Shown one piece after another: positions 27,501-42,500 of a stretch of 64,000 nucleotides of DNA (positions are counted from its first letter, which is position 1; the number at the start of each line of letters is the position of its first letter). The stretch is from NCBI RefSeq assembly GCF_033153115.1, contig NW_026889771.1, positions 7,936,001 to 8,000,000 on the forward strand, in the 5' to 3' direction. The position numbers were made by a program, and so were the translations under genes. A model generated the notes under the pieces. The model was not told where the DNA came from. It searched no databases and saw only the letters and a list, made by a program, of their open reading frames with translations. This stretch comes from Saccostrea echinata (taxonomy: Eukaryota).

Positions 27501-30500
27501 AAGAAAATAAACAATTTAAGTTGCACAAAATACACTAAAAATAAAGCTATTAAGTGCAATATAACAGCACATAAATCATTTTGTGCATATTTCCTCAAAT
27601 TAAAAAACTATGTCTACCAAATATTTTTGCATTTTTACCTTAAAACACATGTGTAGCTTCAAGGTTTTTGTTGCTTTTCTTCAACGATCAAAACAGATAC
27701 AAAGGCCTAAAGTACTCACCTAATTACTGTAGATTCCTTATTTTACGTGAGTACTTTATATTGCGAAATGGCCATTAGACATCAATCGCGAGAACAATAA
27801 TTTGCGAGTAGACACTTGATCTAAATATTTTACACGCATTTCAGCACCATAATAATAAAAGCGAGTAATTATTTTGTGATCGGTGCTTCTCGCGAAATTA
27901 CACGACAATTAATTCCTCTGATATATCTGGGAATCTACAGTAATTACAGAATAGTTTCAAGTATGAAAGGTTCTAATATACATCACATGACAAGGTCTAA
28001 TGATCATAGACCTCATAGTCTGCTAAATGTCTATATCATACACACTATAAAGGCTGTAGCCTAGCTACAGAACTGTAGCTCTCTATCTGAGAAAATTTGG
28101 ACAGACAAACCAGAGAGCCACAGATCCAAGCATTGAAAAAACCTTCGATAAAGGCGATGCTTTTTGTCGCTTGCTCCAGGTATTATTTCTTGTATTACTG
28201 TATATTATGTGCGTTCCCCTGCTTAAGTATGGTATGTGTTAATTTACCATATATTTTACACTTATATATTCCTGATACTTTATTTACCTTTAGGGCGTAT
28301 TATTTTATATGGATGTCGGAATGCGAATTTTGAATGCTGACATTCCAGGGCTATATAGGGCTGTTTGTAACTGTTGAAAGATAAATAAAGTATCAGAAAT
28401 ACAAGAAAAATATGGTTAATTAAATAATATCATATTTTAAGTGAGGAAAGGCATATAATACAAGAAATCATACCTGAAGCAAGCGACAAAAAAGCGTTGC
28501 CGTAAATCGAAGGTTTTTACAATGCTTGGATCTGTAGCTTTCTGGTTTGTCTGTCCAAATTTTCTCAGCCAGAGAACTACAGTTCTGCAGCTAGCTGTAG
28601 CCATAATGAATTTTAAAACGAGATTGCATCTATAGGTAGTTATCTCACTTGAGCCTTCAATTCAGGTAATCAAGTTAAAGAAGAAAACTAATTTCATGCA
28701 GCATATGAATGAAAACAAAAGTCTGTTGTGAATATATACACTTGCTTAACAGCATTTACGAAAACTTGGTCAAATATGCTGCATGAATTAAACAGTGCTG
28801 ATTTTGTAAAACAAGCGTACCGAATAGTGCATCAGAAATGGTTTACATGATGATAATGCCATTATGCAATTGCTCCAGAGTTTTAAACATGAACCATGGC
28901 AGTTTTGTCTCTCCCAAAGTAAACATATCCCCTCATTTCACCATTCATAAATCATACAATTACTCTTTCTGACTTGTGATCAATATTTCCGATTCCCTCT
29001 TTATTCCCCAAGTCCTCCCTCAGCCATTTTGCCTACATTCCCCACCAGATGTCTCCCAGAGCACTCCTCTTAATAGCCATTTCCTGTCAGGCAGAAGTGT
29101 TTATCCACCATTCTTTATTAAGATTATGGTCTTTATCTTATAAATTATGTCAATGAAAAAGTGTCTTGCTAATGCAGTTTGACACAAGTTTATGCCTCCA
29201 TCACTCTCTGACCATTACATTCATCTATAACTGCCATCCGACACTACAGTTAGTGTCCATCATGTGTAAGTATCAAAGTCATAAAATATGTGCTCGATGA
29301 CAATGTGAATCACACACATCTTGTTGCATTGAATTGGAGGTGTGTGTTACTAATGAAGGCTATGAATTAAGCCTGTACAACTCAAACAAAACAATGTGTG
29401 ATGGAATGTGTCATTGGGCACTCCTTCTCCATTATGTTATTTTATGAATCCCTACACACTGAAAGATTTATCTAATTTTTTTCACAACCTTTAATTTCAT
29501 TAAAATAGATCAATAAAATAGCTAACCTCAATATCTCAAATATCATGGATATCTGACTGGACAGGGATTAAGTCCCAACCACTATTTCTTTATGTATTTT
29601 GATTTCAGTATCTTGAATCCTTGAATATCTCTTAGTTTTCTTCTTAGGCCCATTGGGTTCAAGATATCAAGGTTTGACTGTATATGTATTACATTACTTT
29701 ATACTGCACTTTACAGCTTTGTTTATATAAAATATCTAAACATTTGCATGAACTTTAAATTTGTTCACCAAACTATAGCATTTTACAGGTCTATACTCTT
29801 GTATTAAAGAAAGCATTTTTATGTAGGTATAAAAGGTAAGAGAAGTTTATAAAACTACAATTATGCCCTTCACTTCAGTTAAAGAAAACGTTAGTGAAAC
29901 AAATACTTCCTGGAAATCTTTTCTGACCATTAATCTTTGGGTATCACTTTAACTTTGTCCAAAGCCTTTGCTTTTAAACATAATGCATCAGCATTTAGGC
30001 AGTTTGAAAGTGATACAGTGACAGTTACAGTTGTAAAACAATGTTCAGTGACATAAAATCATCAAAAGCTTCAGACCATTGATGAATAGATATTAGAAAC
30101 TGGGTTCAAAATTATATGGCCAACCTTTATTCTGATCTCATGGGACACAGGGCATAAAAACAGGAAAAGCTTTTAATCTGTTAACACAATCTCTTGTGGC
30201 ACATGAATGGCCTATTTCAAATCTGGTTCAATGATAATCATGACAGGATGGATTCTACAAGCTTATAGTGAATTGTCTCAAAATTCTCGGTGTTGTTTCT
30301 AATGGCTCCTCATAACAGTTTCTCTTACTTTCTGAGATACGTGTCACGCTATCTTTTATTCTTTATCAACAGTCAATGACCTAAATTGAGTTCAGACTTT
30401 AATATCATATGAGGAACAATCCATGTAGCCAATCATTGATGATAATCCATCACTTCAACCATTCACAACAGTTAATGTTAAATGTTGCATGCCTTAGTGC

Positions 30501-33500
30501 CATCACACTGTTATTACAAAATGCATTCACTGCTGATATTATCATAATAAAAAACAGTGTTTCACATCAAAAAAGACAAGGCGCTTTTCTTGTTTTTGGC
30601 AAGTATACTCGGCGACTGGTATTGAAAGGACCAATTTTAAAATTTATTATCTTTCAATTTTCAGACAGTTTGGTGGCAACTATCATTGCTCCCGCAAAGT
30701 CTGGTACATATATGTAACCAAACTAAAAGCAAGGGCAACTCAAAGTGGAGCATCCCCTAAAGGGCACATTGATCCCAATATAAATAATTTTTTGTGTAAC
30801 TTCCATTATGCATGCACTTACTCACCCAAACACACACACAATTGTGTTACTATATCCCCCTCCAACTTTGTTGCAAGGGGATAAAAAAAACCATAGTGTC
30901 AATGAAAGCCATCATGGCTAGAATTAAGGAAGCTCTGAAAACTAATGAAATTTTTTTTTTTTTGAATTTGAGAATTTTCAACATAGGATACCTACATGAT
31001 TTCTTCAGAAAAAATGTTCAAAGATAGCGAAGTATTAATGAGCAGAAAAACCATATATGCAAGTAATGTTTTCAATTATTTTATCTTGATTTAATATAAC
31101 GCTAAGAATACTTCAATCTATTTCAAATCATGCCATTTCATGAAGATTTCAGTTTATGCCATTTTTTGTCAAAGGGCAGATCACTCAGATTACATAAAAC
31201 TATCATGGAATTAGAACTCTTCAGTGAGTAGTGTTTAGAGCTTCCTTAAGAACACATCACTATTGTATTTCAGACTTGAGAGTAATAAATCACTAAAACT
31301 GGAATGTTGTATGTTAGATGTATGTTAGATAACTTACCTATATGCAGGGAAGAAGAGAATTGTGGGATACGAATCCAAGGTAAACTCCCACCTGAGATCG
31401 TTCTTATCTGCATCAATTCTGAAATAAAAGAAAGCTTACATTAACCAGAGGCTTTGAATCTACAATACAAATTGGATGAATCATTATTTACTATTATAAA
31501 AGAATTTTCAAGCATAAACACTTTTATGTTCAAGTTAGAGTGACCTTGACTTACCTTGCAAACAGGAGGTCTTTGGCTAAGGAGAAATATTTTGCTAATT
31601 GGAGATATATATGTGAAAAACTTATACAAAATCCACACCACTTGGCTGTGATCAATAATACAACATCCTGTAATGGAATTAAAACAAAACTTTGAAATCC
31701 AATTCGACATAAAATACTCAAGTCTGGCTGTATTAATTTAGGTGGTTTTTTTTAACTTAATATGCAGTAAGAAAATTAATGCACAGTTGAACTTCGATAT
31801 GTCGAACACTGATATCTCAAATACCATGGATATGTAAAAGTGATTTGGAAGTCCCAACCCCTTATTCTTTAAGTATTGTACCCTGGATATCTTGAACCCT
31901 AAAATATCTCAAAGTTTTATCTCTATCCCATTGAGTTTGAGATAACAAGGTTTGACTGTACATTATTGTATACATGTAGATAAAAATTCAGTACCACACA
32001 ACCCGTCAAAAGATGACTTAATTATTAACAGGTACAATTCATCAACTGATCAAAAGTAAAACTTGTCGAAGTGACCAGTAATAGAAAGACAACCGGTAAC
32101 AGAAAGACAACTTGTAGATAATGAACTCATTGATACTACTTGTAATGAAAAAATAATTTGTTTTTCAGATTCTTTCGCTGTACTTTATCCATTTCACAGT
32201 CTGGGTGCCTGTAGGATAATGATACCTTTGAAGAGTGCCTTAATTCACTATTCTATCAGTTATACAAAACACCAGTACATGCACTTTACTTGGGAATTAT
32301 TGTTCCTTTAGTGTATTGCTTGCTCCCAAAGTGTGCAAAAGTCTCTCAAGAAATAAAGGAGAAACTGAATGAATTTGATCTTCGACCTCATCATATAGTT
32401 ACCCAAGATGACTGAAAAATTCGCACTAAATGCTGCGCCTGTCAGGTTTTTCCTAGTTTTCAGTGGATTGTTTTTACTTTTATTTTTATTTTTGTCAATT
32501 GGAAGCCAATTGGAAAAAAAACTAATTTAAATATACTGAAATATGTTCATTCTAAGTTAATACAACTATTTGAGTATTTCTTTACATAGTTTCAATGAAT
32601 GATACATGTAATATCTTGTCATATACATGAGTTGTCCATTATATGACTTGGCATGTCAATGAGTTGCCATTTCGATGGAATGGTTTGTTGATTGAAAGTG
32701 TCAAGTTGTCTTTTGATGAGTAGTCATAGACCCATAAACATTTCTTTTTAGAAAATTTAAAATCTAAAATCTCAAGTCTTAATTTGCAAGACCCAACACA
32801 ATCTTAGCACTGTATCACCAATATCCATTGCAAGAAGCAGTGCATCCCAAAAAAAATTACAAATTGATGTGATACTGTATGTTGCAAATTAAACTGTAAA
32901 CAATCAAATTGTCTGGATCTCGATGCTTGAAACATTTTATATTTCATACAAATCTAATTTTATAAAGTTTTGTGGGACAGAAATTACAGTGAAACAGGCA
33001 CTTTGATTTTTATAAATTTCTTGTTATATTGTCCAAATGAATGTTATACATGTACTGCTATCACACAATATTGAGGAATCAAATTTGATGAGACTTGAGA
33101 TGTTCTAAATCTGTCATACATTTTGCTGATTTCATTGAATCAACATGGCAAAAAATTATGCATTAATTGCTACTACAAAATAAAAATGAGATATTAAATA
33201 CAGACTCTTAAACCACTAAAAATGTGTAAGCAATACAATAAAGGAGATACAGTGTATTAATAAAGTTAGACTGAAGAATATTGGCACTCATTGGTTTTGC
33301 CATGTGCTTGAAGCTCAGGCATTTAAAAATTCAACTTGTGCCAATATCCATCTATTGAAAAAAAAAGTTGTAATTACATGTATTTAGTGATGTTTATCTA
33401 AGATACACTGAGAGATATCCATATCTAACACTTTGCTTACTTTTTCTTGCTGCATGACTACAGAATGGAATGTCTGAGAAGTGACTTCCTGTACACAAAT

Positions 33501-36500
33501 ATCATCATGTGACCTCGTATCACAGGACTGCTTGGGACTTTCTGAACGCAGGTGGCGCTCTAATGCACTCTCTGTATAATTCTGAATAAAATTTGCTGCA
33601 AAATAATAAAATATACTGTATGTTTCATAAATGGCACTGTCATAGTATAAGTTGAGTAAATTCAAAGTGAGATTTATAGTAATTATAGGGTACTTTTGGA
33701 AGGGGAAATGATGAGTAAAACTAATGCAAGTAACCTTCAAAATTACAAATGCAATAAAACAAAACTACTAATTAAATTACTAAATAATAGACTTACCTAA
33801 GTTTTTTCTAGAGAAAGATTCCCTGAGAATAAAATTAGCTTCATTCTGAAAGTGAGGGATTTACACATTACAACCTCTGAACACAATTGTTATTTCTTAC
33901 ATAAAATCATGAACATCCAGCAAAGTCATTAATTAAAACTTAAAAATGACATATATGTTTATATTTACCTTTTTATCAATAATTATCACAAAAGGCTTCT
34001 GTATTGCAACAGATCTGAGAACATTTAGTTTCTCTAATAAAGCTGAATTTAATGACGTGTCTAAGAAATACAGACTTAAGGTTCTGTTTGTCCTGCAAGC
34101 AGAACCAGTAAAATTCACAGGGATAAAACTGGCCTCAAAGTCTCGGATAAACTGGCTTGGCTTTAATAAATTCTGAGTCTTTTGCAGAGTCAATTTCCTG
34201 CATATATTTTTCTTCAGTGAGGATTTACTTTGGCGAACAAAATTGTCATTGCTTCTTCTTGATGAAATGGAAGCACACGATTTATAAGATATATCTATTT
34301 TGCATTCTCTGCAACACAATGTTCTGTATTCGTTGGTATTATAATTATCTAAAGCATCTAAACAGAATGGCGCCTGGATGCGGCTACCAAACACTGCATC
34401 CTCTGCAAACAACAAAGATGGCCCCAGGTTACAAGACTGGGGCAAAGCTGGAGTCAATTTTTTCTCCATGTATCGGCAGAAATCACAAATTTTCTTGGAA
34501 TTATGTAGGTTGTTGTCTGCTCCTACAAGTGACACACAACAGTTCCTGTCAGGATAAGAAAACTGCTTTTCCTGGACCTCGTAGAAGTTTTTACAGAGTT
34601 TCTGTTGGTCTGCGTAACTCTGGAAAACATGGGCTCTGTCCCTCATACTCTGTCGTAGAAAGAACTCCAGGTAGGGTACCTCATGACAATAATGGTACAG
34701 CAGGCCTACTTCCCTCACCTGTAAAAAGGATCTACCATTTAGAAAGAAACTTACAATGATGTAATAGAATAACAATACTACAGTGTATCTCTTTCATAAT
34801 AAGATTCATTCCTTAATCAAACAAAATCATTTAAGACCTAATTCAGAAAACATATTATGGATATATGTATTAAACTGAGAACAAATTCAGAGAATTTAGT
34901 TTACCATATTCAGGTAGTAGTTGGTAGGGTGTACATGATTAACAGGAGCAAACACCAATAAAGCTGGTCTCTTATCAATGGCTGTGGACAGCTCTAGACT
35001 TTTGTGTCCAGGCAAATTCAGCCACTGGACAATAGGCTGTAAAGACACACGAATAGAAATCATAATAAAGTCTTCCTCTTCCTTAAATATTATTTAGGAA
35101 TGACTCTAATTCTTGGCCAAATTATTCGAGTATAACCTGGTTTGGGTCAGTTTACGCTTTATAATCTGCAAAGCGAATTATAAAACAGCGTAAACTGACC
35201 CAAACCAGGTTATACTCGAATAATTTGGCCAAGAATTTGAGTCATTCCTTATAATTTAATTTTAAAATCATTAAATAACTATGGGTGTAAAATTTCGTTG
35301 TTTTTTATTAGTTCAAATTTGCTGCTCAATAATACAAACGTAGTAACGGAAGTAACGGAAGTGATGGGAAGCAAGGGGAGGTAAAAACTGATACATAGGC
35401 CTAGCAGCCTTGTTGTTTGTTTACATGTGGTAAGATCGAATTATTGTTTGAAGTTAAAGGTACATTTATTAAATCTGGAATTTTCCATGAATCCCGAGGA
35501 CTGGAAATGAGAGGATTGTATGGATACAGATGATTCAGCTGGTTGTCAGGGGGGTGTGTCCCCATACCAAACCAGGTTATACAGAAATAATTTGTGTTCC
35601 TTTTTGGATATTAACCAATCAGGGGCTAGAATACAAACAAAATTAAATTATTTTAAAATAGCAAGCATTTCTCTAATTAATAATTGTACATCTCAAGCTT
35701 GTATACTTAAATATTATGAGACTGACATATATAGCTTACAAATATTTCTATCACATAAAATTTTGATACAGATTTAGTATATTTTAAAGTAATAAATTCT
35801 AGAGATAATCTTAAAGATGATTACAATTTAAGCAATCTGTATTGTGAATCAGCTTTGAAAAAAATCCTTTCTGACTTTGACCTTTAACATGTGTTAAGCA
35901 ATGGACCTAAGCTTCTGAGCATACAAATACTCACTGAAAGGCAATTAATGTATTTCAAAGTTCAGCAGACTTATTAATAAATACATGTGTTAGATGAAAA
36001 TGGTAATCATGCATTACTTTCAAACTCATATTTATGTTTAAGTGCATAAATTCAAGGTGCATGTTTTTTCACCTTCTAATAATTCTGCAAATTAATAATT
36101 ACAAAATAACAAACATTTAAATTTCCTTAATAGTAGCTATTAAAGCTTTAGAAATGTTTGAATAAATTTTCTGGTGAAGATGTGATGGTGAAATGATTTG
36201 ATACTGTTTTCATTTCTAACATTTGCAGAGATTTAAAAACTATATGTACCAGTATTCATAGAATTCATGACTGCTCAATTTGAATGCTTTCATCATAAAA
36301 TTTTATGCAACTTCATTAAGGCAATTTTAAGGAAAGTGAATTCAATTTTCATAGTATAAAAATTCATAAAATATGGCTAATGGGTGTAATAACCAGCAAT
36401 CTAACAATGTTATGCTACTGAAACCTAACTCCTTTGAGAATCCATTTACGTGGCATACATAATACCCTGGTGATTATCAGTACTGAACAACACTAACAGC

Positions 36501-39500
36501 ACCTTTAACGTGCCATGAAGAATTTATTTCTATGGTAGTAAAACTTTATATGGCATCAGCTGCATTAAATTTCTAATAACTAGATCTCATCTGAGTGAAA
36601 AATCTTAGAAATGATAGAGTCATAAAAGTTTTCATGCTTCTGATACACATCTATAAGAAAAACAGGGGTCCATGGGCCACAATGCTAGCCCGAGTCATAA
36701 ATTCTACAGTGACTTGAAACTTTTGACCTCAGTTGTGCTTACTATTGCCCTTGTAATTACATGTATGACTTCAACAAATATTAAATCTACATTCTAACTC
36801 ACTATAGAATATTTGCCTATAAATATGATCTTAATCTTACTAAATTTTTAATTTCAAATTATAACCTGGTATATAATATACCTGATAAAAAAACTATTCT
36901 CTTATTTTCCCTATATTAACCAAAGGGATCATTACAGTAAAACATACCAAATAAAAGTTATTGTTAAGTTACATTTAAATGTATATATCTCTTAGTACAC
37001 AGAGACCACTGGTCTTTGTTTGATACATGATACTGTAAACACCATCTTGTCAGCTGTCAAAATCAAACTTTTAAGACAAAAGTGGAATGGTATGTTGAAT
37101 ATTAAAGTGATCAGAATCAAAAAGTAGAACTGTTGAAATATCTGGATTTTATTGTATTTAAAAATATAAATTAAATTAATCTTATTAAGAGGCAGTCTAC
37201 GAGAAAACCATGCAGAGAGCTATTCATGTTAGGTTCTCAATTTCACAACCCATTATCATATTTATTCATTTCAATGTATTGTAAGACTTTTCTGCAAATT
37301 TGGTCAAAATCTGGTAATTAGCACAGTGTACATGAGTGCCATCTATGTTTGTCATTGGCAAATTGCTATAATGTTATAAAACACATGAAAAAATACCAGT
37401 TTCCTTTATAGCTTTACTTCATAATAAACAAATTTCAGGGAAAATATATGGGATATTTGTACATATATGAACAGTGTTAATCATTTCCATTATAAAAATT
37501 CTAAATTTATTAAACTTTTAATGAGAGACAACTCTAACAATCTCATGATGTTCTAAAAATAGATTTTTCTTGCCTTAATTCTAAGAGCCATAATACCTGA
37601 TAGACAGTTGAGAGAGAAATTTCTTTTTGTTCCTTAAAAGGTCATTACATAGTGTTTCTATCAGAAATTGGAATTTGTCGGATAATAAAATATAACGAAG
37701 TTATGATGAAAACAAACTTACACCATTTTTTAAAATCAACAAGGCCAATTTTAGCCCATATTGGACCTAGTTCTTTTATTTTACAAATCTAAATATTTGC
37801 TACATATTTTGTAAAATGAACATAATAATCTACACTTAGTATAAAAATATCAATTTTGCCTCAATTACGACATTCTGCAAAGATTATACCATTCATACAT
37901 TTATTTTCAAACCTCATAGGGGTGGGAGGGAGTTTTTTCCCATTATAACATAATGTAGACATCTGTATTTACATGTACCTCACACAATATCTTCAGGAAG
38001 TAGAGTTCAAGGAGAGAAGGAGAGTATGATAAAATAATGAGCTCCATAGGCATGTATGTTATGGGGAAATTTGGGTTGAAGTCTACTTATGAGACCAATA
38101 ATCCTTTGAGGTGCATAGCAACATGGTGGCTAAAGCATAGCAACAATTTACTTGCTAAAAATTTAAAACAAGAATAAGTACAAGTTCCTTACCATAAAAC
38201 TACTAGTATTGTTTGCATCCTCAAAGACAACATGACTTTATATGTGAATGGATTGACTTAACCACCATGTTATAAATTCAAGTAATACTATATGTAATAT
38301 GACTGTACATCTATGAAATCTGTAAAGAGAGCTTTATAAAGAGAAAAAAAAAATACATTCAAAATTCTACACTAAAATTCTGCAAAGTTATTTTACCCCA
38401 GTACATGTACCATGTTTCTGAAGAAATAAAATATCCAGAAAAATGTACTTTCATTCTTTTGAAAAAATTACAGTATATCAATGAAATAACATCTCAACAA
38501 AATGATATATTCTGTGGAAACCCTAGAAGTTCATCCCAACAAAAATGAATGTAATGAAGTACATGTAATTACATATGGGGAATACACATCTGAGTATTAT
38601 TATAAAAACATTATTCAAGTAAATCTAAAAAAAACATTGAACTCAAACAATGAGTTCCTGTGACAGCCATTTATTCCGCTAGTTCATTGGCTATTGCTTG
38701 GACACTATCAAATTGTTCCGCTGCCTGAAGACTATTTATGATATTTTCTAGTATTTCGACATCCTGCTCATCGTTGACCTCCTCCAACTTCAAGCGCTTT
38801 GTTTGGAAAGTACAGCTTAGCATTCTTTGTTTTTTTTAAAACAAAACCTGCAAAAACACCTCTGATTTGTTGGTGTGTCAACCATTCACTTGGGCTAAAA
38901 CGTCTCTCCCCATCAAAGTCTTTTTCAGATCGGATCTGTCTGCTTACAGTGTATGGATTGGCTTTTCGGCCGGTTTTCTCTCCTTCATCATAAATCTCAA
39001 GCAAATACTTTTTCACCTTACTTGAAAACCTTGTATTTTTCTTCCGCTGCTTCAGTGCATATGCCAGTGTCTCATACGAGACTTCTTCAGCAGGGTTCAT
39101 ATCACATGTTTCCACACTGACACTGGGCTGAGTAGATCTGATTTTGGTGCATTCTTCTGCCCACATTCTCTTTGAAGTGTCCAGTATGTTGTCGGTCTTT
39201 TCATTGTCATAAACATGATTACCAACTGCTAGGTGGTTAAGCAGTTGATTCTCCTTTCTGAACTCTTTTACACAGTCAGGATCACAACATGACAGTAAAC
39301 GACTTGTAGATTTTCTTTGTCTTGTCTTCTCAGAGGGTGGCTTTGGGTTTGCAACAATCTGTGTGCATAAAAAAAATGAACTAAAGTAAGAAAAAAAAAC
39401 ATATGTGTTAAATTCATTAATAGAATAATACCAAGATTGTGCTATATGAAGCAAATGAAAATTACAACATACCACAGCTTCTGGGATGTCCACCATATTT

Positions 39501-42500
39501 TTTGTAACTGCTTCAAGCTTTTCAGATGAAATAAATTGCTCTCCAAAACCATAAGACTTGAATGCCAAAATACCATAGTCTTTAAAGATGAAGTTGTTGT
39601 ACTGACTTATGGCAATCTTCAGTTGACCAGATAGTATAGGCTGGGCGTTCATGTCCACATCAATTATGGAAGTTAATGTATTCCGGACTCCCCCATGACT
39701 CTCAAGTGCATCTTTCATCTCGTACACATTTGTAACATCATTGCCTTCATTGATGTAATTCAAGATGTGCATTCTACAACTTCCTGTGCGAGAGTCGCAC
39801 AAAACCTTTTCTGACTGGGCTTCACTGAAATTATATTCTCTGATTGTTACATGCATGTTGTTCCTTAATTTCCAGAGGCATGTCAGAAGGGGAAGACAGT
39901 GATAGCATCCTGCATTATCAGAGCGCAAATAAACTTCTTTCAAATGTGGGTGACTCTCATGAAGCATCTGCAAAATGTGGATCAGGATTTTTGAAACTGT
40001 GAACCAACCCTGTGTGCCATGTTGAAGAAGGTGCACATAAGAAAGGATGTCCACTGATTCATCATCTTCTGCATCATTTCTTCGTAAGAGTACACATGAA
40101 ACATGCCAACTGATCCCTTGCTTTCCATACCATTCACTCCGAGTTTCTCTAAATGTCTGTGGCAAATATTTCATAGCCCAGTCAATAATTATGAGTCCTT
40201 GATCATCTTTAAGATTGTTCAGAATATCACTTTTACAGGCATCCTGATTAACAGTTCGTATGCAGTGATCTCGTCAGTTCACAATTTTCTCACACGATAA
40301 CTCTACATCATGTTGAATTTCCTCTTTAACACTTGCATCACAGTGAACATCTTCAAGGCACTGAGCAATGTCAGTGGTGACATTTTTTATTTGTCGGCAA
40401 GATATGCAGGTCTCTGAATGTTGATGGTCACATGGCAAATCAGATAGAGCATATTGCATGCAATGTTCAATGCATGTGCTTTTTGTGCTGAGGTGTGTTT
40501 TGAATTCGTTCTTCAGATGCAGTTTTACAGCTTGTAATTGATTCTTGAAGTCTTTCACTTTTCCGTCATGAAGTCCTACTTCAGATAACTTTTCTAATGC
40601 TTTTTCAATGGTGGAAATTCCCAATTCCCCTTCACTCGCAAGGTTGTCAATACCATGTAATGACTTCAACTGTGAAGCTGCACAAACTTTCACTATCTTG
40701 TATAGAGTTGCCCTTGATGGTGGTGCAATTTCATTGTTTTGACAATATGCCATGTATGCATTGATGAGTCTTGATGCAATCATTGTGCGAATTACTTTAG
40801 GTACTTTGACCTCCAATCCTGATGAGAGTTTCAAGTGTTTGGAACCAAAACTCACTGTGTGGAGGTACATAGGAGCTGATATGAATTCTACGAAGTGCTG
40901 GATTCTCCCTTTTGAAATTCTTATCCGTACAATTTTAGGTGGTGCAACATAATGTCCAGGCCAGAAGGTTGCTGCATGTTTTCTTGCCACATCTATATGG
41001 TGGATTGTCAAACCCTCAATCATCCTCAACAGTATGGATTTGCTATATTTACTTGCAATTAGGGATAGAATCTGAGTGCGAGTTGTATGATCTGTAGCCT
41101 TCTTGTATGCCTCAATTACTGTGTCTGTCATTGAATCTTGATGGAATATGGCTGAGCCTTTGTAGCTGTTGATCACTTCATCAAGGAGTTGTTGACTCTG
41201 GCCAGGAGCAATGATGTCACAAATATATTCAAAAGCAGCTTTTGCATGACGCACATAATATGCTCTTGTTGAGTACTGCAAGTCCTGCAGAGGTTGGCTT
41301 ACTTGGGAGCGTAGGCATTCCAAGTGGCCGTTTGTCAACATTTGCATTGCATCATTGTACTTCTCCCTTAAAGACTTTTGCATATCTGACCAATTTGATG
41401 CTGCAGTGGACTGAGACAAATGCAGAGATTCACTATCTGACATCATGATATCTGTAAAAAATAAAAATATAATTATTTACATACAACTGATGAAGGGTGA
41501 TGAGTATAAGAGAAAAAGAAATACTAGTAGCACTTATTTGGGGATCAAGTTTGTAAAACTTTGCAGTACGTTTTTTGCATAAATTTCTTTGACATATATG
41601 AAATGATGTTAACAGTTCTTACTAGGAATGTCTAAATTTTTTTTTCATTCTTGCACCATTGTACAGATATGAAAACAGACATAATCAGTCAGTAAATTAT
41701 AAATATATTGATATCCAAACATTCTAATATTGTGTGGATTTATTTTTTTTTTCTCTCAAATTTTTATGGTTTCTTTGGTTGGACCAGGGCTAAATTGGGT
41801 ATCAAATTTTGCATATTAAGGCATGTATAAAGGAGTAAAATATTCTTTAAAACTTTTTTTTTCCAGAACATCAAGGCCTTTTTAGTCATATTCATTTTGA
41901 AGCATCCCATTATGTATGGATTCTTATTTAATCACAAACTGTTTGAGACTAAGGTGTGGTCACAATCTGGGGGTCAAAATTGGTAAATGGGGATAAAGAA
42001 GGAAATACATGTACAAGTATTTAAACACCTTCAGAACATGGCCAAAGGTAAATCAGGTGTCTTGTGGACTATGGGCTTTATTCTTAGTAGTAGCTCAGAA
42101 AAATTCGCTTGAGCTTTAGAGCTTTTCATCATAAGGATTTCAAATAAATTTATTTTAATAAGGTCACTTAAAATGGTTTCAGTATAGGAGAAATTTCATT
42201 ACAATGTCCATTGTAAAATAAACCCGGTTATTTGTATATGCTGACCTTGGTCAAGTTCATTTGTCTGAGAGACACGTGATACTACATCAGTTTCTTCAGC
42301 AGGGTTAACATTATTGTTAACATCTGAAAATGTAGAGCATTCATCTTATGAAGTATTTAAATTTTATATATAATTAATAATGATTACAAAAACAAGTAGC
42401 CCATGGGCCTTAACGGTCACCTGAATATAATACAAAATTGCAAATGATCCATAGAAGTATAGAGTAAAAGAAAATAAACATAAAGATGAAACTATCTTGT

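Noticed and set aside
34157-34759. 200-aa plus-strand ORF
   Set aside because: Antisense shadow of TXNDC11 exon 9.
40274-40276. Selenocysteine codon in the transposase
   Set aside because: The position is more consistent with Trp than Cys, I saw no SECIS downstream, and other decay lesions are present.
38768-41446. Two separate host genes (468 aa and 390 aa)
   Set aside because: They are one reading frame broken by a single TGA and lie inside TIRs with a TTAA duplication.
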